41,002 nucleotides of DNA from Balamuthia mandrillaris (taxonomy: Eukaryota), in assembly GCA_031835245.2 (NCBI GenBank), contig JAVKOQ020000022.1, positions 310,001-351,002 of the forward strand, read 5' to 3'. How positions within the stretch are numbered: the first letter of the stretch is position 1; the number at the start of each line of letters is the position of its first letter. The notes below the pieces were generated by a model. It was not told where the DNA came from, ran no database searches, and worked only from the letters and a program-made list of their open reading frames with translations. The translations under genes were made by a program, and so were the position numbers. Below are positions 32,757 through 41,002 of the stretch, piece by piece.

Positions 32757-35624
32757 CTAAGGTTGTCGGTTATCATAACCAAGAGGCAAAGGCTGAGGAC
32801 GTGCCGTAGAATAATACGGCGCCATGATCTCATCCTTTCTTCGCGGCCTCAAACTGACAACACCGGTCTCCTCGTCCCGCACCACCTGCAACAAGTACCA
32901 AAGGTTCTCGCAGTCGCGCAAAAAATCTGGCAACGTAGACTTCTTCTCTATCTCCTCTGGAGAGACCAAGTAATGCTTGATAACACGTTGCTCTCCTCCT
33001 CCCCCGCTGGTCGTTGTTGTGGTTGTAAGCGTGCTCATATCCTCCAAAGAAGAGGTTGGTGAGGAGGAGGTTCCGCCTCCTCCTCCTGACATACTGTCGA
33101 CGCTGCCAAGACTGCCATCTTTGTGCGCAACATACACGACTACGAACTGTCCCACGCATCTGTCGCTGAAACGAACCAAGAAAGAACCGGGAACCGCCGA
33201 CTGGTCTTGCAACAACCGGTCTGAGTCCTCTCTGGAGAGGAAGCCATAGATGAGGCCTTGTATCCACATGGGAAGGATGTGCTTTTGGTGGTTGCGGATT
33301 TTGTACAGGATGGTGCCGAACCACGCCCAAAAGGAGTCATAGTCCTCCTGTGTTATGCTGCTCTTTCCTGCAAATTTGGTGAGATGAAGGTATTCAATGT
33401 CTTTTGGTGATAGTGGTCTGGTGTTTTAATAAAAATATAATCAAGAGTTAGTTTTCTCTTGTGCAGGGAGGGAGGGAGGGGAGAGAAGGGTGAGAGGTAG
33501 AAGGTAGAAATACCTTTTTGGTTTATCGGGTTCTTGTTTCGTGGCTCGAATGTAATGTAGTTGCATGGCATTAGCAAAGGCAGGCCACAGGATCTCCGAC
33601 TGACCCAGAAAAGTGTGTTTTTTGAGCAACTTGCCTTCCGTGGTAGAGCGCTGTCCATGGTTCGTCATGACAATAAAAGGCTTGGAGGGCTCGCTGAGCA
33701 GCTGCACTTTCTGTCCATTGAGCACGAGATCCGCCGTGAATCGCATGTTCACGGACTTGACTCGAGAGCCATGAGGAAAAGTGAGCCGCTTGAAAGTGGC
33801 CACACCGGCTTCATCCATTCTCTCCGATCCGTTTTGGATGGAAGGGAAGGAGGCATTGGCCACCTTTCTCTTGGTGTTCGTGTTATGAGCCGGGTGATAC
33901 TCCTCATTCATAAGCTCCGCTTTTACCTCACTCGCGTCGTTGAGGTCCACCACAGCCCCCATCAACAGCCGCACCTCCACCGTCTCATCCACCGACTTGG
34001 ATTGTTTGACGGTGCAGGGGAAGGGTTGTTTGGTAATGACAAGAGCGGCGACTGGCTCCCTGTTGGGCGGGTCGCATTGGAAGCGAGCCAGTTCCTCTTG
34101 GTAAAGGGAGAGGATGCGAGCATCCAGCGCCAAAGCCTCCAAAAGGAGGACCAGCTTGTGGGCTTCTTGGGTGGTCAGGATGATAGTGTCGTTAATGTAC
34201 TTAAGTTGAGCGCTGGCTTTGTCGATCTTTTGCATGAGCTCGCCTTGGGTTTTGAGAAGTTGAGAGAGTTGTTCGGGCGGGGGAAGGGTCTCCAGCAATC
34301 TTCGTTGCTGGTAGCGCATGTTCTTGAGCTGGTTTTCGATGGCGAGGTGGAGTTGGTTCAGTTGGATGATCAGTCCCGGTGCTGTTTGGCCGGCTTGTAG
34401 TGCCATTGATACTTCAGCAGCGGCTGCTGATTCCAGCGGCTGTTTTTTTGGGTGTAGAAATTAGAAACTGTAGTTTTTACAACAAAAAAAAAACTGAATA
34501 CAGAGGGGAACATAGAATAGCGAAAAAGAAAGGTAGAGAAATAAAAGAAAAAAGGAAGAACAGGTACCGTAGGAGGAGGTCGCTCTTCTATGGTTTGGTT
34601 CTTGCGTCCTTTCCTTATCGTTTTACGAATATTAGGTTTGGGCGTACTTGTGGAGGCAGAAGAAGATGGAGTGGAAGCGGAGGAAGACGAGGAAGCAGAG
34701 GAAGTGGACGTAGAAGTAGTAGAAGTAGAAACAGGTATTGACACAGCAGGCTCGCCTAAATCTCCTTTCTCTCTCTTTAAGTATTCCGTCAACGAAGCAA
34801 GAGATGCCGGATCCAACAAGTTTGTGACAGATTCGCTCAATTCATAAGGGAAAGGTCCGCCTGCTCCTCCAACACTATAACCTAACGCCGAAGCATCTTC
34901 TCCACTCGTTCCGCTTCCATTTCCAGCGGCATGGCCGCGATTGAATAACTCGTAAGGCGAAACGGAGGTACCAACGTAACCTCCTTCCTCCAGCTTGATA
35001 GCGGCAGCGGAAGGTCCTCCTTCATGTCCGGTAGTAGACAGTCCTTCTTGCGATCTGCGAAGGAGATAGGAAGTCCGTAACAGCTGTTCCTGAAGAGCTG
35101 CGCTCTGCTGCATACGTTGTTGTTGTTCTGGTGTATCTCTGCGTTATAACGAATAGAAAGTGTTTGAGTTTTTGGAGGAAAGAAAAATGAAAAGAAAAAA
35201 GAAAAAAATGAGGAAGTGAAAAGAAAATGAAAGAAAAGAGGCTCACGTACATTGGCTCCAAGTTATCTTGCCAGCTCCCTCCAAACGGGTCAGAGGCTCC
35301 CAGATGAGCCGCGAGTCCACCGATGCTGGAGCTCAGCCCGAACGAAGAGTCGCTGAGGTTCGTCGTCTGTAAGAACCGCTCAAACTGGGAAAGGCGCAAC
35401 AAGTTTCGGCCCGAGTTGGCCAGAATCGAATGAGAGAGCTCTTCGTTGTTGCCATCCTCATTGTTGTTTTGATTATTAGCGTTGTCAACCACCCCTCTTT
35501 CCTCCTCCTCTTCTTCGTGTGCTTCTTCGTAGTCTTCTTCGGTCCTGCGCGCACGCTTAGAGTCGGTTTGTGGCTCTTCCAGCTGTGGCTTCTCCCTGCT
35601 TTTGAGGGACGAGTGTCCTTCCAT
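32757..35624 (-). CDS. STAT transcription factor (Dictyostelium-type), multi-exon
   Basis: Low-complexity N-terminus, coiled coil, AALVITKQPFP DNA-binding domain start, SKPFIVMTNHGQ..EGKLLK, SH2 WIQGLIYGFLSR..GSFLVRFSDR..IKHYLV, and C-terminal LGYDNRQP carrying the putative phospho-Tyr. Start codon uncertain. Confidence 0.92.
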
Positions 35625-36198
35625 GTTCGATTTTTGTTGCAGCTGTAGTGTTTCAACTGTCAAGAGAACGCGATCTTACTGCCGGTAGAAAAAGGATCTG
35701 TTGCCTAAAAGGCGAGGAAACAACAAAAGGTTGGTTTGTTTTTACGAAGTAGAAGAGAAGGAAACATTGAAAGAATGAAAAGAGAGACAGAAACAGATGG
35801 AAGAAAAAACATTTCATCTTTGAAGTTGCTAAGACAAAAACCAACCAAATAAAAATAAAGATGAAAAACTTGGTGAAAAAAAACCAACAAACAAAACACG
35901 GACAAACCTTCAGCAAAAAAAAATGTACATAAAGGCCCCTTCTTCTGTGCGCTGAAAAAACCCTGCCTATCCCTCTTTGGCTTGTTTTTTTTTTGTGTCT
36001 TGTTCGGTCCTCCTGCCTTCCGCTAATTATTATTATTATTTTTTATTTAGGCGCAAAGGGCAACCCTGGACGTGCCCTAATCTAACGTTATGCGGTTTTA
36101 CTTGCCAAGTGTGTAACGGTCGCATAGAGCAGCAGCGGACATTTTGTGTGATGTGGTTTCCAGGAACACGGAGTTACCACAACAACAAACTCCGTTCA

Positions 36199-37089
<891 letters not shown>

Positions 37090-37657
37090 TGCGATCTTTG
37101 ATTTCAAAGAGAGACAAGAGTTGGCCAAAAGGGGAAAAACTCCACAAAAAAAAAACAAAAGAAAAACAAAAAGGAAATAGACAGGAGAAAAAGGATGCGA
37201 TAACAAACAAAAAAAACCCCAACAAGCGAGGCGACGAAAAAAATAATCCTGCTACTTCAAAGGAAGCCAATCAAATCTTCTCCTGAGGAGGATTTCCACG
37301 CCAAAAAACATAAACACAAATCCCCCTTAACAATCTCCCTCCCTCCACCCTCCACAAAAAAAAAAAGAAAAACACCAACAACGTACATAAAGTTGTGTCC
37401 ACGGTAGTTCTCCTCTTTGACGACAGCGTACGCTCTTGGTCTTGGCTGCTGGAAACTTTTTTAGTTTGAGAGAGGGAAAAATTGGCAGCAGTCGTCAGCA
37501 AAGTGGGAAAAAATTCGGAGAGGGCGGTGTTTGAATTTTGTCGACAATTTGTAACTCCGTTTGTTGTTGATTGGATAGGCCCATCTTCCGGCCGAGCAGC
37601 ATTTGTGTTGAACTTGTGAAGCCGGAAAGATGGTGAAACTAAAGAAGAGAGAAAAGG

Positions 37658-38559
37658 ATGACTTCTTCTTGCGCTTCGGCCCAGGAGGAGGAAGCTGGCT
37701 TCGAGTGTCAAGTATGCGTGGACTCGGTGGAGTCCGCTTTGGCAGCGTATGCAGCAGGAGCTGCCAGAGTCGAGCTCTGTGCCAACTTATTCGAAGGCGG
37801 AACAACCCCCTCTCTCGGGATGATCCAGCAAGTGCGTCAGAGCATCAACAACAAAACCAAGGACGGCGAAGGAGAGGCACGAATGGAGCTTCATGTGATG
37901 ATACGGCCTCGAGGGGGTGACTTTTGCTACAGCGACTCCGAGTTCCAAGTGATGGTCAGCGACATAACGCTCTGCAAGGCCTACGTCGACGGCTTTGTCC
38001 TTGGCCTGCTCCTCCCCGATGGTCGGGTTGACACGGAAAGAACATTGCAGTTGGTGGACCTCGCCGCCCCGCTTACTATTACCTTCCATCGAGCCATTGA
38101 CATGAGTAACGACCTCTACCAAGCCATGGAGGACATCATTGCAGTCGGTGCTCGCAGCCAAAACGGTTCGAACCGTTCTCCATTCTTCTAACCCCTTTGT
38201 CATGCTAACGCTTTCCATTCTTCTCCTCACCAGGAAGAATAGATCGTATTCTCACTTCAGGAGGAGAGGCGACCTGTTTAGAGGGACTCGACACCTTAGC
38301 AGCGTTAGTGGCCAAAGCCAACAACCGCATTCGCATCGTGCCAGGAGGAGGCATCACTGAAAGAAACATCAAGAAGATCATGCACGGCTGTGGCGCTGCC
38401 GAGTTTCACATCAGTGGCAGGACCAAACGACAGAGCGTCATGAGTTACCGCAACGAGAGCTGCTTCATGGGAGGAGCGCTGCGACCACCAGAGTACACCA
38501 TCTCGGTGGCTTCCGAAGAGAGGATACGGCATTGCCTTGATGCTAGTTTAGGTAAATAA
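37658..38559 (+). CDS. CUTC: Copper homeostasis protein CutC, 2 exons
   Basis: VCVDSVESA..GAARVELCANLFEGGTTPSLG, VMIRPRGGDFCYS, TFHRAID, RILTSGG, IVPGGGI, EFHIS. Confidence 0.95.
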
Positions 38560-38935
38560 CAGTGGAATAGAAGCGGAGAAGAGAACACAAATGGAAGAGA
38601 AGAAGATTATGGAAGGTCGAGCCAACAGAAAGCATCTTGTGCGTATTCTTATTTCAATCATAATGTTTGCTGTTTTTGCCAGCTTATTCTCATGCAAAAC
38701 CAACAACACGTGTTGCAGAGCGTAGAGTCAAAACAGAGATGATGGTGACGAAAGCGCGGAGCAGGAGGTGAGCCGCGAAGAGAGCTGGAGATTGCGCATT
38801 GCCTCTTCTATATGTACGGAACCAGCAGCATTGTTTTTCTGCGAGTTGAACAACAAGAAACCCAAGTATTTATTAACAAAGTTAAGAGGAGGAAAAGATC
38901 ATATAATACATGGAAAAACTGTGGCGAATTTAGGG

Positions 38936-40165
38936 TCAAAAGCACTTTCTGTGAACTATGCTTGGCCCCGCCTCATCGTACTCCAGCTTTGTTATCCATA
39001 GTTGCCGGAAAGAGTCCAGAGATGCCATCAGCGAACCTCCAACCCACGCTCCATACTTTCTGTTCAGGGGAGCATGCACCCGAGGCCGCCATCTTGCTGT
39101 ATCTCTATCATTTCCATATCCGCTGGTCATTCTCATCAACTCTCGCTTTAACCTGGGCTGCACACCAGCAAACATCGATGTGCCACCGGACAAGACGATG
39201 TTGTTGAACATGTCTTGGCGGATGCAAAAGTCGCACCTTTGGATGGAGTTGAAGATCAGCTCGTGCAGACCACGCATATCATAACCGCTGCTTGCCCCAG
39301 CTAGGAGAGAGGGGCGAAAGAGTGCCTCCCCACAGCGGAAGCGTTCTTCGGAGAGGTTCAGGACGGAGCCGTCCGGTAGCAAGTAGGGTACTTTCAAAGA
39401 GGTAGACTGCGGCAGCGTCAGAAGCTCCTGCTCATAGTCGAGCGCAACATAGCACATACTCTCTTTGATATCTCTGCATGTTGCTCTATCCTGTACTGTG
39501 TCTATTCGTCGGCTTCCATCACTGCCACCACTTTGTTGTTCTTGCTCTTGCTCTTGTTCTTGTTCTCGTTTATAAAGCAGAGGAAGAAGAGAGTCGGTCA
39601 AGTCGCAGCCCGCAATGTCCAAGCGAAGGATGGCGTGCGGCAAAGAGTATCCCTCATACACCGGCACGCTATACACCACCCCCTCCCCACACTCCACCGC
39701 CACACCAGTCGTCCTGCCCGAGGCGTAGAGGCTCAGCAAGGCCTGTAGGGCCACACAAAAGGCGGGGACGTTAAACACCTCGAACATTATCTCTGTCATT
39801 TTCTCCCTGTTGGCTTTGGGGGCAGGGACCTCGGTGGTGAGGACAGGGTGGTCCTCGGGAGCCACACTCAGCTCGTTGCAGAAGATGTGGCGCCACAGCG
39901 TTTCCATGTGATCCCAGTTGGTCACGATGCCGTGTTCGATGGGGTAACGGAGGGACAAGGAGTGGCTGTCCCGTTGGCGTAGCGCCGTTTCGCCCGCGTG
40001 GAGCTCGCTGCTTTGGAGCGAGGCGAGCGGGGTACTGCGTCTAGGAACGCCAACCACGGAGGGGACCACGCAAGAAGGCAAGTCCTGCCCCGCAAAACCG
40101 GCCTTGCTCCACAAAGAGCCGCAATCAATGACCACCGCAGAAGGGGTACCACCGTTCTCCTCCAT
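38936..40165 (-). CDS. Divergent actin / actin-related protein, intronless
   Basis: AVVIDCGS..KAGFAG, YPIEHGIVTNWD, ANREKMTEIMFEVFNVPA, LSLYASGRTTG, RDIKE..CYVALDYEQE, NIVLSGGTSMF, WITKLEYDEAGPSIVHRKCF. First in-frame ATG is at 40165; the track start at 40204 is GTG. Confidence 0.93.
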   Translation of the reverse strand: MEENGGTPSAVVIDCGSLWSKAGFAGQDLPSCVVPSVVGVPRRSTPLASLQSSELHAGETALRQRDSHSLSLRYPIEHGIVTNWDHMETLWRHIFCNELSVAPEDHPVLTTEVPAPKANREKMTEIMFEVFNVPAFCVALQALLSLYASGRTTGVAVECGEGVVYSVPVYEGYSLPHAILRLDIAGCDLTDSLLPLLYKREQEQEQEQEQQSGGSDGSRRIDTVQDRATCRDIKESMCYVALDYEQELLTLPQSTSLKVPYLLPDGSVLNLSEERFRCGEALFRPSLLAGASSGYDMRGLHELIFNSIQRCDFCIRQDMFNNIVLSGGTSMFAGVQPRLKRELMRMTSGYGNDRDTARWRPRVHAPLNRKYGAWVGGSLMASLDSFRQLWITKLEYDEAGPSIVHRKCF

Positions 40166-40427
40166 GCCGTTCTCCCCTTTTGTTACCGTTGTTTTTCGCT
40201 TCACATATTGGTGAATTATTTTTTAAAATATTCTAGGAAAATTTTTAAAAGATGGAATTTCATCCGAATTTCCAGGACGCAGAACAAAACCGGAAGAAAG
40301 CCTTATGGGCTCAGAGCATTGAACTGAAGAAGAATATAGGCGTACGAGGCCGACTCTCTCATAAATGTTACGGTAACTTTGTTTTTTTTTTTTAAAAAAA
40401 AAACTTTTACGTAACGTACAACATTCA

Positions 40428-40981
40428 ATGCGTGGCCGTAAAGGAGGAGGCCAAAAGAAAAGTGAGTTGCCGACGCCCACTCGCCAGCTGAGAGAGCGTT
40501 GGAAACAGTACGAAGCTTCCTTTCTTCTTCCAACATTTTTTTTCATTCTTGACTCGTGGACCACTTTCTGTCATGAAGGGAACAACTTGCGTTAAAGCGA
40601 AAGCTTATTTTAGAGGACACCTTTGACTGGAGCTTAGAGGACGGCCGGGACGGACGACCGCCACTCAGTCTGGTGGGCGGAGTGGACATCAGTTTCATTA
40701 AAGATGACCCCGTGAACGCCTGTGCTTCGTTGGTGGTGCTGTCCTACCCTCAGTTGAAGGTCGTTTACAAGGACTTTCAAATGGTGGAGCTGAGGCAGCC
40801 TTACATCGCTGGCTTCCTTGCCTTTCGCGAGGTGCCTCATTTGGTTCCTTTGTTCGACAAGTTGCGGCGTACTAGCCCCGAGCTCGTGCCCCAACTTGTG
40901 TTTGTGGACGGGAATGGCATCTTGCATCCACGCGGCTTTGGTTTGGCCTGCCACCTCGGTGTCCTCACCGACATTCCCATG
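40428..40981 (+). CDS. ENDOV: Endonuclease V, 5' part (continues beyond the window)
   Basis: Exon 1 MRGRK..ERWKQ spliced to EQLALKRKLI..VGGVDISF..ACASLVVLSYP..PYIAGFLAFRE..VFVDGNGILHPRGFGLACHLGVLTDIP. A new intron starts at ~40982. Confidence 0.93.
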
Positions 40982-41002
40982 GTACGCTTCTTCTCTTCCT
41001 CT

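Noticed and set aside
33561..34400. 279-aa + strand ORF
   Set aside because: Antisense to the STAT coiled-coil/DNA-binding exon.
38162..38177. GGTTCGAACC as a tRNA T-loop / B-box
   Set aside because: No cloverleaf around it; it lies at a CutC exon-intron junction.
40634..40954. 106-aa minus-strand ORF
   Set aside because: Antisense to endonuclease V, whose + strand frame runs toward the window end and so is missing from the ORF track.

Overview
Gene-dense eukaryotic DNA with many short GT-AG introns filled with CT/GA microsatellites. The Dictyostelium-type STAT, the Clu-domain gene and the intron style point to an amoebozoan, possibly Balamuthia/Acanthamoeba-like (inference only). About 20 protein-coding genes can be assembled by eye. 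In order: Clu-domain protein (partial), class I/II PLP aminotransferase, mitochondrial sulfite oxidase, ERGIC3/Erv46-like, three hypothetical genes, DEAD-box helicase DDX49/DBP8, a small Cys-rich 2-TM protein, GNAT acetyltransferase, BRX1, mitochondrial EF-Ts, a sulfotransferase, an ependymin-related-like protein, a PDI-like protein with no CXXC, a PhyH-type 2OG-Fe(II) oxygenase, a Dps-like protein, STAT, RPS20, CutC, a divergent actin and endonuclease V (partial). I recognised no tRNA, rRNA, CRISPR array or transposase. The strongest oddity is an intronless homologue of the normally prokaryotic Dps mini-ferritin with a rewired ferroxidase site. Other oddities are a TGTCGACA palindrome recurring in divergent promoters, a frameshifted bZIP-like gene with a perfect 19-bp inverted repeat around its splice donor, the redox-dead PDI, and an actin lacking His161. 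Spans of multi-exon genes include introns. Exon boundaries and family calls come from manual reading and motif recognition, not database searches.
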